Part shown: positions 8,781 to 18,267 of the stretch, one piece after another
How the letters are laid out: each line of letters opens with the position of its first letter
Position numbering within the stretch: the stretch's first letter is position 1
Origin: an uncultured Spirochaetia bacterium
Lineage (GTDB): Bacteria; Spirochaetota; CALGPD01
Direction of reading: 5' to 3'
NCBI GenBank assembly: GCA_964449345.1
Contig: CAYUYT010000001.1
Span: 1 to 62,293, forward strand
DNA: 62,293 nt
The notes under the pieces: generated by a model
The model's input: only the letters and a program-made list of their open reading frames with translations
What the model was told of the DNA's origin: nothing
The model's database searches: none
Translations under genes and position numbers: made by a program

Positions 8781-10745
8781 ATGGCCTCAACTTTTATGGG
8801 TATTGAAATAGGTAAACGCGGAGTTATCGCTCATCAAGTATCTTTAAATACTACCGGACATAACCTATCAAATATGAACACGGAAGGGTATTCCCGGCAA
8901 CGCGTTATAATGTCTACAACTGACCCTCTTTATAAACCGGATTTAACAAGGGAACAACGACCAGGACAAATGGGGCAGGGTGTTCAGGTTGCTTCGATTA
9001 AAAGAATAAGAGATGATTTCGTTGACGACCGCATCGTAAAACAAATGTCTTCGGTTGGGTATTATAAAATCCGTGAAGATTATCTCGTTCAAATCGAACA
9101 CGTTTATAACGAACCCGCAGCCAAAAATATGCCTAGTTTGAGCACGTCCTATGACGAGTACGTTAAAGCGTGGAACGCAGTTTCAAATAACCCTACGAAT
9201 AACGGTGCAAGGCAAACATTACGCGGAGCTGCATCGAGTTTTGCCGCGCGTCTGAACGCTCATTATAAAAAAATACTTGAAATTCAGCAAAATGCAGACA
9301 AACGCGTTAGAACTAATGTTGCTGGAATAAATAATTTAACCGACCAAATCGTAAAATTGAATATTGAAATTAAAAAATCAAAAGCAATGGGAGATAACCC
9401 TAACGATTTAATGGATAAAAGAGACCTATTAGTTGAAAAACTTGCTAAACTCGCTGACATTAGCATTCAACGCGGAGGCGAAGAAGATTTTATCGTTTAC
9501 ATCGGTTCACAACATTTGATTCAGGGAGACAAAAGGCAAAAACTCGCTGTTATTGACGACCCCGAAAACGAGGGTCTTGCAAAAGTTGTCTGGGCTAAAG
9601 ATAATAGAGAAGTTGTATTTAAAGACGGAGAAATGAAGGGGTTATTGGTAATAAGGGATATTGAAGCGGCTAAAAAATTAAGACAACTAAACTCACTTGC
9701 TATTAATTTAACGGAAACCGTTAACGATATTCATAGGGACGGGTTTGGAATGAACCGATCATCTAACAACAATTTCTTCAGACATATTGCCATGACGAGA
9801 AACGCAAGAGGTAATTACGACAGAAATAATGACGGTAATTTTGATTCCACAGTTATTTTTAAAATATCAGGGCTTCAAAAACTGGAACTTAATCAGCAAG
9901 TTGGTACACAAGGAATAATTAACTTAGGCCGCACTCACGTCAACGGAGAAAACGTTTTAATCCGTTACAGTTCAACAGACACGGTAAAAGATGTAATAGA
10001 GCGCATTAATAAAAGTGATGCAGGGGTTAGCGCATATTTAAACCATAAAGGGCAATTAACGTTTAAAGCTACCATGTCGCAGGATAGACAATATTCTGAC
10101 CACGTTATTCGCCATATTGAAGATTCGGGCAACTTTCTCGTTAACTATGCCGGGATGCTTAAACAATCCGGTGCTAACGGAGCTTTCGATTGGGAAAACG
10201 TTAACTCAATAACGCAAATACAGGGCGGCGAGAGGTATTATACCATAGCATACAAAAAACATGCCGCGAATTGGTTTGCTGTTAGCAAAGCCATAAACCG
10301 CAGTATTGATAATATCGCAGTACGACAGGGTACCGATACTGACGGAGACGGATACGTTGACAGGCCAAACACAACTGGCGATGCAAGAAACGCTCATTTG
10401 ATAGTAAGTGCACAGGATACTCAGGCCGATAGAAGTGGAACGGATTCTCAAACAAAATTAGACCATAATCCTATTTATGTGGAAAAAAGTAATTTATCAT
10501 TTCGTCAGTTTATGCAATTCATGGTTAGAGATATTGGTATCAGCGCTCAGGATGCAAAAATCGGAACAAGCAAAGAAAATGCAATACTAAAAAGCCTAGA
10601 ACAAACAAGGCGGTCAATAAGCGGTGTAAACATAGATGAAGAACTAGCTAACATGATAAAGTTTCAGCACGGTTATTCCGCAAGTGCAAGAATTATTACT
10701 GCAATGGATAGAATGCTTGAAACCATAATAGGTTTGATACGATAA
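8781..10745 (+). CDS. flgK: Flagellar hook-associated protein 1
   Basis: N-terminus STFMGIEIGKRGVIAHQVSLNTTGHNLSNMNTEGYSRQRV and C-terminus DEELANMIKFQHGYSASARIITAMDRMLETII are the conserved FlgK ends. Confidence 0.9.
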   Translation: MASTFMGIEIGKRGVIAHQVSLNTTGHNLSNMNTEGYSRQRVIMSTTDPLYKPDLTREQRPGQMGQGVQVASIKRIRDDFVDDRIVKQMSSVGYYKIREDYLVQIEHVYNEPAAKNMPSLSTSYDEYVKAWNAVSNNPTNNGARQTLRGAASSFAARLNAHYKKILEIQQNADKRVRTNVAGINNLTDQIVKLNIEIKKSKAMGDNPNDLMDKRDLLVEKLAKLADISIQRGGEEDFIVYIGSQHLIQGDKRQKLAVIDDPENEGLAKVVWAKDNREVVFKDGEMKGLLVIRDIEAAKKLRQLNSLAINLTETVNDIHRDGFGMNRSSNNNFFRHIAMTRNARGNYDRNNDGNFDSTVIFKISGLQKLELNQQVGTQGIINLGRTHVNGENVLIRYSSTDTVKDVIERINKSDAGVSAYLNHKGQLTFKATMSQDRQYSDHVIRHIEDSGNFLVNYAGMLKQSGANGAFDWENVNSITQIQGGERYYTIAYKKHAANWFAVSKAINRSIDNIAVRQGTDTDGDGYVDRPNTTGDARNAHLIVSAQDTQADRSGTDSQTKLDHNPIYVEKSNLSFRQFMQFMVRDIGISAQDAKIGTSKENAILKSLEQTRRSISGVNIDEELANMIKFQHGYSASARIITAMDRMLETIIGLIR

Positions 10746-10782
10746 TATGGCTATATAACGTTTAATCACGGAGGAAAAACAA

Positions 10783-12048
10783 ATGCGAATAACGCAAAAT
10801 ATGATGACAAACAACATGATAAACAATATCATGAAACATTCCCAAGAAATGGATAAATTACAGAATAACATAGCAAGCCAAAGGAAAATCCGGCTACCGC
10901 ATGAAGCGCCGAATGACGCGGGCGATGCCATGATTTATAGAAGCAGAATGAACCGGTTGGAAAGATATGAGAAAAACTCAGACGAAGCAAGAAGCCGACT
11001 TCTTCACATTGACTCAAATGTGCAACATATTTTACAGGTTGTTCAAAGAGTCCGCGAACTCGCTGTTCAAGGCGCAAACGGTATTTACACCCACGAAGAT
11101 AGGATAAAAATGGCGGCTGAAATTGAAGAACACTTAAAATCCATTATTCAGGTTGCAAATTCAACTTATGCCGGAGAAACAACTTTCGGTGGAACAAATA
11201 TAAACCACAGAGCCTATGCTATTAAAAAGAACCGCGTTATTGACCCGAAAACAGGAAGTGTTATTTCTGGCGGTCCTGTTGTGTCCGATGTTAAATATCA
11301 GGGCGACATTGGTATGAAATACAGGGAAATTGACAGAGGCGATTTTATGTCTGTTAATATTCCCGGAAACCAAGTTTTTTGGGCAACAAATATGATGATA
11401 ACAGCGGGTAAGCCGGGAACCGGCTACGTTGCTAATAGAAATATGACTTTTAAAATAGACGGTGTTGCTATTCAGGTGAACGAAGGCGACAACCTTGAAA
11501 CAATAGTTAATAAAATAAACGATTCGGATATTTCCGTTAAAGCTTCAATAGACAATACCTCAGGGCAGAATTTAATGGTTATACAATCAACAAATCCTCA
11601 TCAAGTTTGGATAGAGGATATTGGCGGGGGAACGGTTATGCAGGATCTTGGCATAATTGCAGAAGGCGGGTCGCAGGGACCTAATAATTATTCGCCAACG
11701 GCAACTGTACACGGTGATTCAATGTTCAAAGCAATTATAAAACTAAGAGATTCATTATTTAAAAACAATGTAAATGGTGTGAATGCGGGCATTGGACGGG
11801 TGGACGCTGTTATTTCAAAACTAACGCAAAGTTTGGGCAAAATCGGTGGAAAACAAAGGAAAACCCGTGATATTATTAAACGCCATTCACAGGACAGGTT
11901 ATACACAACGGAAATTTATTCAAAGATACAAAGTGTTGATATGTCCGAAGCAATAATGGAATTGCGAGCAATTGAAAATGCTCACAGGGCTGCGATTCAG
12001 GTCGGCGCAAGAATTTTAAAGCCCACTTTGCTCGATTTTATGCGTTAG
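10783..12048 (+). CDS. flgL: Flagellar hook-associated protein 3
   Basis: Flagellin-like N-terminus MRITQNMM, plus C-terminus SEAIMELRAIENAHRAAIQVGARILKPTLLDFM. It directly follows flgK. Confidence 0.85.
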   Translation: MRITQNMMTNNMINNIMKHSQEMDKLQNNIASQRKIRLPHEAPNDAGDAMIYRSRMNRLERYEKNSDEARSRLLHIDSNVQHILQVVQRVRELAVQGANGIYTHEDRIKMAAEIEEHLKSIIQVANSTYAGETTFGGTNINHRAYAIKKNRVIDPKTGSVISGGPVVSDVKYQGDIGMKYREIDRGDFMSVNIPGNQVFWATNMMITAGKPGTGYVANRNMTFKIDGVAIQVNEGDNLETIVNKINDSDISVKASIDNTSGQNLMVIQSTNPHQVWIEDIGGGTVMQDLGIIAEGGSQGPNNYSPTATVHGDSMFKAIIKLRDSLFKNNVNGVNAGIGRVDAVISKLTQSLGKIGGKQRKTRDIIKRHSQDRLYTTEIYSKIQSVDMSEAIMELRAIENAHRAAIQVGARILKPTLLDFMR

Positions 12049-12088
12049 CTATAAAACGGGTTTACAATTAATTTAAGATTAATTATAA

Positions 12089-12111
12089 TTAAGAACATCG
12101 GACGTTCTTAA
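12089..12111 (+). promoter_or_regulatory. Hairpin with GGA in the loop, upstream of fliW-csrA (candidate CsrA site)
   Basis: TTAAGAAC (12089-12096) pairs perfectly with GTTCTTAA (12104-12111), and the loop is ATCGGAC. No T-run follows, so it is not a canonical terminator. A second GGA lies in the fliW SD AGGAG (12127-12131). Confidence 0.35.
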
Positions 12112-12132
12112 TGAGAATGCCAAAAAAGGAGA

Positions 12133-12636
12133 ATGACTTTGGTGAGTACTCAAGAACTTATTGAAATTAACACAAAACCTTATGGTAAAGTAAAGGTTAG
12201 CAAAAAACAACGGATTGTATTTAACGAAGGCCTTTACGGTTTTGAGAACGAAAATGAATTTTATCTTCTTGATATGGAAGAAGATGACGGGCCTTTTTAC
12301 TATCTTCAAAGCGGAAACAATGAAGATTTGGTTTTTATTTTAATCAATCCGTATACATTTAAAAAAGATTTCGTTTTAGACGTTTCCCGTGGGGATTTGA
12401 AAAAAATTAAAGTAGATAATCCTGCTGAAAACCTTGAGGATAAACTCCTCGTTTTTTCAATCGTAACAATTCCTGAAGACGGGGCGGATATGACAGCCAA
12501 TTTACTAGGCCCGATTGTTATTAACGTTGAAAAACAATTAGGAATTCAAGCCCTTTCCTTAATCGAGGGGTACACAACGAAACACAGTATTTTAAAAGAA
12601 CTTGAAAAGAATAAAAATGACGAGGGAGTGGCCTGA
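12133..12636 (+). CDS. fliW: Flagellar assembly factor FliW
   Basis: The peptide FNEGLYGFENENEFYLLD and the overall size match FliW, and the gene abuts csrA. ATG 12133 sits only 1 nt after AGGAG, so the true start may be in-frame TTG 12139 or GTG 12142. Confidence 0.88.
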   Translation: MTLVSTQELIEINTKPYGKVKVSKKQRIVFNEGLYGFENENEFYLLDMEEDDGPFYYLQSGNNEDLVFILINPYTFKKDFVLDVSRGDLKKIKVDNPAENLEDKLLVFSIVTIPEDGADMTANLLGPIVINVEKQLGIQALSLIEGYTTKHSILKELEKNKNDEGVA

Positions 12637-12882
12637 TTGTTAGTCCTTGCGCGTAAACCGAACCAAAGTATAATGATTGGCGACAATATTGAAATTCACG
12701 TTGTCGAAGTAAAAGGCGACCAGGTGAAAATCGGCATAACCGCGCCAAAAAATATCCGCGTTGACAGAAAAGAAATTTACGTTGCAATTAAAGATGCTAA
12801 CAAAGAAGCCATGAAAACGCCGCAGGCTGATAAACTTAAAGAACTCGGCAAAATGTTTAAAAAACCCGAAAAGAAAAAATAA
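12637..12882 (+). CDS. csrA: Carbon storage regulator CsrA
   Basis: MLVLARKPNQSIMIGDNIEIHVVEVKGDQVKIGITAPKNIRVDRKEIY is near-consensus CsrA. TTG start comes immediately after the fliW TGA, with GAGGGAG upstream. Confidence 0.93.
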   Translation: MLVLARKPNQSIMIGDNIEIHVVEVKGDQVKIGITAPKNIRVDRKEIYVAIKDANKEAMKTPQADKLKELGKMFKKPEKKK

Positions 12883-13103
12883 CGCATTTTCCTCTTGCAT
12901 AAAAATACTGCACTGCTCGTAAAGAATAAATATCCCCTCAGATAGACTCGAGTTTGAAACATAAATTAATTTTTTTAAAAAATTACTTTTATTAAACGCA
13001 GAGAGATGCCTACCTATGAAGTGTAAAATATCAAATTTCGCGTTATTAAATTCTTTTATCCAAATTTATATATTTTGTTTTATACAAAGATAATTAACAC
13101 CTT

Positions 13104-13375
13104 ATTTGTAAAACTTTGGGTATGGACGTTCTCTTCTTTTCAAGTGCCACTTTATTCGAAGGGGGATTTTCTTAAATCCGCGTTTGTATTTAAGTTATAA
13201 ACTTTTATGAAAACTTAAGCGTATTCTGCGCCCTCGACGGTATAATAAATTTCCATACTTTAACGCTAATTAGTATTATATCCTTTTGCTTTAAAATCAT
13301 AGTAGTATATCTTGAAAAAAGGATAAAGATAAATGCCGGTAGGAAACGCAAATCTGCGTTCCTTACGAAAAATAG
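13104..13375 (-). repeat. Dispersed intergenic repeat, copy A (composite)
   Basis: The reverse complement of 13104-13281 aligns over about 180 nt, with one indel, to 62075-62238. Shared strings include atactaattag, atggaaatttatt, gttttcataaaagt, acttaaatacaaacgcggatt and aatcccccttcgaataa. Separately, 13258-13375 aligns in direct orientation to 50717-50825. Confidence 0.8.
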
Positions 13376-13377
13376 TA

Positions 13378-15345
13378 TTACAGCATAGTCAACGCGTCAG
13401 TGTCTATTTCAAGATAAACTTTTTTATCCGACATAAAAAATTCCCTGTATTTTTGAGCAACGGGTATAATTTTAGCTATAGAATCCGAACGCAAAATAAC
13501 GTGAAAACGAAAATACTTGTTTGCCTTGGATATGGGGCAGGAAGACGGGCCTAAAAGTTCAACGTCTTTTGCCGTACCTATTTCATGTACAGCGCGTTTT
13601 ATTTTATCTTCAACGTATTTCTCATCAATACCGCGTAAAATCATACGCAAAACGCGGGAAAACGGAGGCCAATTTGTGTAATCACGGATTTCAAGCTCTT
13701 TTTCATAAAACTTTTCATAATTTTCTTCAGCCGCGAGTTTAATAACGAAATTTTCCGGGCTTCTCGTTTGAATTAAAACCCTACCTTTAACATCTCCTCT
13801 GCCTGCCCTGCCCGACACCTGCATTAGAAGAGAAAAAATCCTTTCACCTGCGCGGAAATCAGGAAGGTTTAAGGCAATATCAGCGTCAATCACCCCGACT
13901 AAAGTAACGTTTGGAAAATGAAGTCCTTTTGCAATCATTTGCGTTCCTATTAAAATATCAATTTTCCGGTTTGCAAGAGAATCGAGTATTTGTGAATGCC
14001 CTTTTTTCCCCCGCGTTGTGTCAAAATCCATGCGCGCTACAGCCGCACCGGGAAATGTGCGCTCAAGTATTTCTTCAATTTTTTCCGTTCCGCTTCCGAT
14101 TTCGTCTATTTCATAACTTCCGCATTCAGGGCAAGTAAAAACGCGTTTTTTCGTTGCCCCACAGGAATGGCAAAGCAAAACGCCCTTGCTTTTGTGAAAA
14201 GTCATTGCAACGCTACAATTATCACATTGTATTGTATGTCCGCAATCTTTACACATTATGTACGGAATAAAACCCCTTCGATTTAATAGAAGGATTGCCT
14301 GCTCCCCTCTTGAGAGAGTGTTTAAAAGCGCCTGAATTAATTTTTCATGAAACATTCCTTTTGTTTTTGAAATATCTATAATTTCAACGTCTTTGCTTTG
14401 TTCTTTTGAAAAACGCTTTTTTAGAGGAAGAAGAGTTAGACGTTTGTTCAAAGCGTGATAATAGGATTCGACCTGCGGCGTTGCGCTACCTAAAATGAGG
14501 GGGATTTTATTTTTATGGCAAAGGAAGAACGCAACCTGTTTTGCGCTGTAACGCGGCGTGTCTCCTGATTTGTAGCTGGTTTCGTGTTCCTCATCAATTA
14601 TAATACAGCCTGGGTTTGAAATGGGCGCGAATACCGCGCTCCTCGCGCCTAATACAACGTCAACGTCTTTTTTCTGTATTCTCCGCCAGTGATATAATTT
14701 CTCTCTCGGATTTAAGCGTGAATGAATAACCGCAATGCGCTCCCCGAAAATTTCTGCAAAACGTTTTATAGTTTGCGGGGTTAATGATATTTCAGGCACG
14801 AGAATTGTAGTTATTTTGCCTTTTGATTTGAGATAATGCGCTATATGGCGGTACACTTCGGTTTTACCCGACCCGGTTACACCGTAGAGTAAGAAAGCTT
14901 CATGCTTGTTTTGGTCAATGCTTTGTTTTATTTTTTCAACTGCGTTTTGCTGTTCCTGATTTAAGCTTAAAAGTGATTTTATTTCATCTGCCGGGATGGA
15001 ATCCTGTTTTTCTTTTGTTTCCCCGGGTAGTAGTGTAAATATTGCCTGCCCAAGGGAGCATAAATAATGATGTTTGATCCACTTTGCAAGTTCCAAAGAT
15101 TGTTCATTAAAAAGTGGAGTTTCGTCTAGAATTTCAATAATTTCTTTAACTTTAAAATCCGGTTTTTTCACGTTGATTTCAAGTATGAGCCCTTTTTTCT
15201 TTCCGTTTTTAAAAGGCGCAGTAACGCGGGAATATATTTTAACTTTATTCCGTTGTTCTTGTGTAAGTTTATAAGTAAAACTCGAGTCAACGGGCATATC
15301 AAATACAACGTTAACGTACATATAGCCCCAATTTTTTATACTCAT
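13378..15345 (-). CDS. priA: Primosomal protein N' (replication restart helicase PriA)
   Basis: Walker A GVTGSGKTEVY, DEEH box (IIIDEEHETSYK) and the Cys-rich insert CKDCGHTIQCDNC...CHSCG...CPECGS are present. The true start may be the internal MYVNVVFD (15321). Confidence 0.92.
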   Translation of the reverse strand: MSIKNWGYMYVNVVFDMPVDSSFTYKLTQEQRNKVKIYSRVTAPFKNGKKKGLILEINVKKPDFKVKEIIEILDETPLFNEQSLELAKWIKHHYLCSLGQAIFTLLPGETKEKQDSIPADEIKSLLSLNQEQQNAVEKIKQSIDQNKHEAFLLYGVTGSGKTEVYRHIAHYLKSKGKITTILVPEISLTPQTIKRFAEIFGERIAVIHSRLNPREKLYHWRRIQKKDVDVVLGARSAVFAPISNPGCIIIDEEHETSYKSGDTPRYSAKQVAFFLCHKNKIPLILGSATPQVESYYHALNKRLTLLPLKKRFSKEQSKDVEIIDISKTKGMFHEKLIQALLNTLSRGEQAILLLNRRGFIPYIMCKDCGHTIQCDNCSVAMTFHKSKGVLLCHSCGATKKRVFTCPECGSYEIDEIGSGTEKIEEILERTFPGAAVARMDFDTTRGKKGHSQILDSLANRKIDILIGTQMIAKGLHFPNVTLVGVIDADIALNLPDFRAGERIFSLLMQVSGRAGRGDVKGRVLIQTRSPENFVIKLAAEENYEKFYEKELEIRDYTNWPPFSRVLRMILRGIDEKYVEDKIKRAVHEIGTAKDVELLGPSSCPISKANKYFRFHVILRSDSIAKIIPVAQKYREFFMSDKKVYLEIDTDALTML

Positions 15346-16066
15346 TCATAAAAGCTTTCATATCTTCCCAGTTAGGTCTTTTTAAGGCATTATTTTCTAT
15401 TAATTCAGCCGGGTGATATGTAATAAAAACGGGAATATTTTTTTGATTAATTTTTAAAAAGAAATGCTCTTCCTCAAAATTTTTTTTGCGAAGCTCATCA
15501 AAACCGTTATCAAGATTTAACAGGAGGTTTCCTGTTGAACTTCCCAAAGCAAGAATAATTTTGGGATTTATAATTTCTATCTGATTTTTTAGAACAGGCA
15601 TACAGATTTCAGATTCTTCCCTTCGCGGTATTCTGTCGTTAGGAATATGACATTTTAGGATATTCGTTATATATACTTCTTCTCTTGAAAGTTCAACGGC
15701 TTTGAGCATTTTATCAAGCAGGATTCCGGCATCTGAGGAGAAAACTTTGCCATATCTCATATCTTTTTTTGAAGGCGCATCCCCGATTAACATAATATCA
15801 GCATCCGGGTTTCCGCTATCAAAAGCAGGTTTTATTCTATGCCTTGCAAGCCCGCATAAATAACAATCTTCAAGTTTTCTCTTAAGGTTATTTAATTCTG
15901 TCTTATTGCTTTGTTCCTGTTCATTTGCTTGAGTGTTTATTTTTTGTTCAAAAACAGGGTTTTGTTTTATAGGAATAATTTTATATTTTTTTTCTTTTTC
16001 AATGTAATTTTTCAAATCTTTTACAACGTCTAAAATATCCAAAGCGAATTGTTTCATAATAAGCAC
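15311..16066 (-). CDS. Uracil-DNA glycosylase family 4-like protein
   Basis: Motifs CYLCGLARHR, MLIGDAPSKKD, ITNILKCH and HPA match UDG family 4. The 3' end overlaps the listed priA start. Confidence 0.75.
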   Translation of the reverse strand: MLIMKQFALDILDVVKDLKNYIEKEKKYKIIPIKQNPVFEQKINTQANEQEQSNKTELNNLKRKLEDCYLCGLARHRIKPAFDSGNPDADIMLIGDAPSKKDMRYGKVFSSDAGILLDKMLKAVELSREEVYITNILKCHIPNDRIPRREESEICMPVLKNQIEIINPKIILALGSSTGNLLLNLDNGFDELRKKNFEEEHFFLKINQKNIPVFITYHPAELIENNALKRPNWEDMKAFMNEYKKLGLYVR

Positions 16067-16418
16067 CGTGAAAAATTATTTTATTTAATTGCATCCCGGA
16101 GATTCAGTTTAATAGAGATAATTTTTAATATCTAAATTGATATTTTTTAAATATTTAATATTTCGTGCATAATAACAATTTCCTTTAAATCAGAGAATAT
16201 TCCAAATACATGATAATGAATATAAATCTTTGTTAGGAAAGCGTATATATTAAAAAAATTACATTTTTACGATAAATTAAAGCACAACGGTATAATATAT
16301 TTACGCACTTTAAATATTTTGTATCTCTTTTTCTCTGTGCCTCCGGACGAATTTCATATTCTAATAAATTTTATTATAACAAATTGATTTGCAGAAGTAT
16401 AATGTTAACAAAAATAAA

Positions 16419-16437
16419 AGCGGGAAATAATCCCGCT
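16419..16437 (-). terminator. Rho-independent terminator of the dksA-like gene
   Basis: AGCGGGA-aataa-TCCCGCT lies 8 nt after the stop at 16445. On the minus strand the hairpin is followed by a T-rich tract (ttttatttttg). Confidence 0.7.
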
Positions 16438-16444
16438 TTAAATT

Positions 16445-16807
16445 TTATGTAATTTTTTGCTTTTTTGTTCTATTTTTGTTTTTACACTCTACGCATTCCG
16501 TCGCATAGGGTAAAGCTTCAAGCCGCCCGTAGCCCATTTCTTTTCCGCAAGAACTGCATTCTCCGTAACTGCCCTCATCAATGCGTTTCAAAGCTTCCTG
16601 AATAAGCTGGAGAGTTTTTTGCTCGTTTTGAGATAAATTTATCAACAATTCTTTTTCCTGCAATTTAAACGCCTGGTCAACCAAATCTCCCATATCCGTT
16701 TCATCAAGTCCGGCAAATTCTTCGTTGTCTTCCATTAAATCTTCTAAAATCCTGCTTCTTTCTTCAATAAGGAGTTCTTTAAATTTCTCCATATTCTTAC
16801 TATCCAT
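16445..16807 (-). CDS. dksA: DksA/TraR-family C4 zinc-finger regulator
   Basis: A coiled-coil N-terminal part is followed by CSSCGKEMGYGRLEALPYATECVECKNK (CxxC-N17-CxxC). Confidence 0.85.
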   Translation of the reverse strand: MDSKNMEKFKELLIEERSRILEDLMEDNEEFAGLDETDMGDLVDQAFKLQEKELLINLSQNEQKTLQLIQEALKRIDEGSYGECSSCGKEMGYGRLEALPYATECVECKNKNRTKKQKIT

Positions 16808-16915
16808 TAATTTTCACTCCTTTCTTATTTTTATCTGTTTTATACAAACTGATTTCGAAATTTGATTAAAGTATATAATTTTTTTAAAAAAAGTCCATAA
16901 AATAATAAATAATTA

Positions 16916-17191
16916 TTAATTCTTTTTAAAATTAAATTCTCTGGTAAAAAGGTCGACCATGAGTTCCAAAGCTTCTTTCTCCCGTTCACCATGACAAACA
17001 ATTTCTATTTCTTCTCCGAAAGCCATAGCCATTGCCATCAAATCAAGCATATTAGCAGCGTTTCCCTGCGCTCCTCGCTTGTAAAAATTAATAGTGCATT
17101 TAAAATTTCTTGCCGCTTCAACGATTTGTGCAGATGGACGTGCGTGTATGCCGTCGCGGTTCGTTATTTTTACTTTTTTCCTTACGCTCAT
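16916..17191 (-). CDS. ptsH: HPr-family phosphocarrier protein (NPr-like, lacks regulatory Ser46)
   Basis: The active-site motif is DGIHARPSA. I start the gene at the internal MSVRKKVKITN (91 aa) rather than the ORF-track start at 17230. By hand alignment to B. subtilis HPr, the position equivalent to Ser46 is Asn (GNAANMLDLM). Confidence 0.85.
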   Translation of the reverse strand: MSVRKKVKITNRDGIHARPSAQIVEAARNFKCTINFYKRGAQGNAANMLDLMAMAMAFGEEIEIVCHGEREKEALELMVDLFTREFNFKKN

Positions 17192-17282
17192 GGCAATATT
17201 AGAATAAAGAATTTCCATATAGAATGTCAATACTTTTTATAAAAAAGCTTCACAAATTTTTATTCAGTAGGAGGATTTAATA

Positions 17283-18068
17283 TTACTTTTTTCGTTGACT
17301 TGCAATTACCCGGCTTTTCCATTCAATTGTTAAAGCGTTAGTAAAAGTCAAAATAAAATTTATTTTGCCAATCATGCGTGTCCAATACCCGTTTTTTATA
17401 TCCCAGTAATAAATTCTTTCATATTTACCGATTAACCTTGCGGGCTTTAAATAACGTGGTCTAACCCTTGAATAACCAGGTACGTGGATAAGATTATTTA
17501 AGTTTTTATTAACAACGTAGAAGCATTGAATTACTGCGTGTTTTCTTCCGTTCAAAGTTTTATTTTTTAAATACCTATAACGGGCGTTAAATTTTAATCT
17601 GAATGGCTTTTTAATACCTATGCTACGGAAATCTATTATTTCCTCGCCTGGTTTTTCCCAGAAATTTGATATGCTTATTTTTTTATCGGGAAAAGCAGGG
17701 GTTCCAGTGCTTTGAGGATAAAAAGCGTTTTTATCAAAATACATTTTTCCTGAATCGTTACGTATAAATTCACCGCGTCCCGTGTTTGTTTTTCCGCTTT
17801 TTTTTCTGCTGCCAAAATCGTAACTAAATTTTATGCCCCTTGAAGTTTTTTGCAACGCTTTTTGAACAGAACTCCACTTAGAATTGCTTTGGGATTTTAA
17901 TACGTTGTTTTGATAATAGTTAACTTTAGTGTTTCCGTTAATAGTAAAAACGTCTCTAGGTTTTTGTTTAAACCTAAACAAAACGGCTTTTTTTTCTTGG
18001 GAACTAGATATGCTACCGCAGATGTATGCATTTAAAAGTATAAATAAAATCGTAAATATTTTTTTCAT
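17283..18068 (-). CDS. Hypothetical secreted protein
   Basis: Signal peptide MKKIFTILFILLNAYICGS, 261 aa. I recognise no family. Confidence 0.5.
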   Translation of the reverse strand: MKKIFTILFILLNAYICGSISSSQEKKAVLFRFKQKPRDVFTINGNTKVNYYQNNVLKSQSNSKWSSVQKALQKTSRGIKFSYDFGSRKKSGKTNTGRGEFIRNDSGKMYFDKNAFYPQSTGTPAFPDKKISISNFWEKPGEEIIDFRSIGIKKPFRLKFNARYRYLKNKTLNGRKHAVIQCFYVVNKNLNNLIHVPGYSRVRPRYLKPARLIGKYERIYYWDIKNGYWTRMIGKINFILTFTNALTIEWKSRVIASQRKK

Positions 18069-18267
18069 CTAGTTTTTCAACACCTCAATATATATTATCG
18101 GTTTAATTTTATATTAATAAAAAAATCCGGTTTATTATGAAAGAAATCCGCGGTTTTGGTGATATAATAAAGAAATGCATATAAGCGGATTGCTAATGCC
18201 AAGAAAAACCTCCAATAATTATAAAGAATTAAGGCAAATCAGGTGTTACCGGGTTTGCCTTAATACG

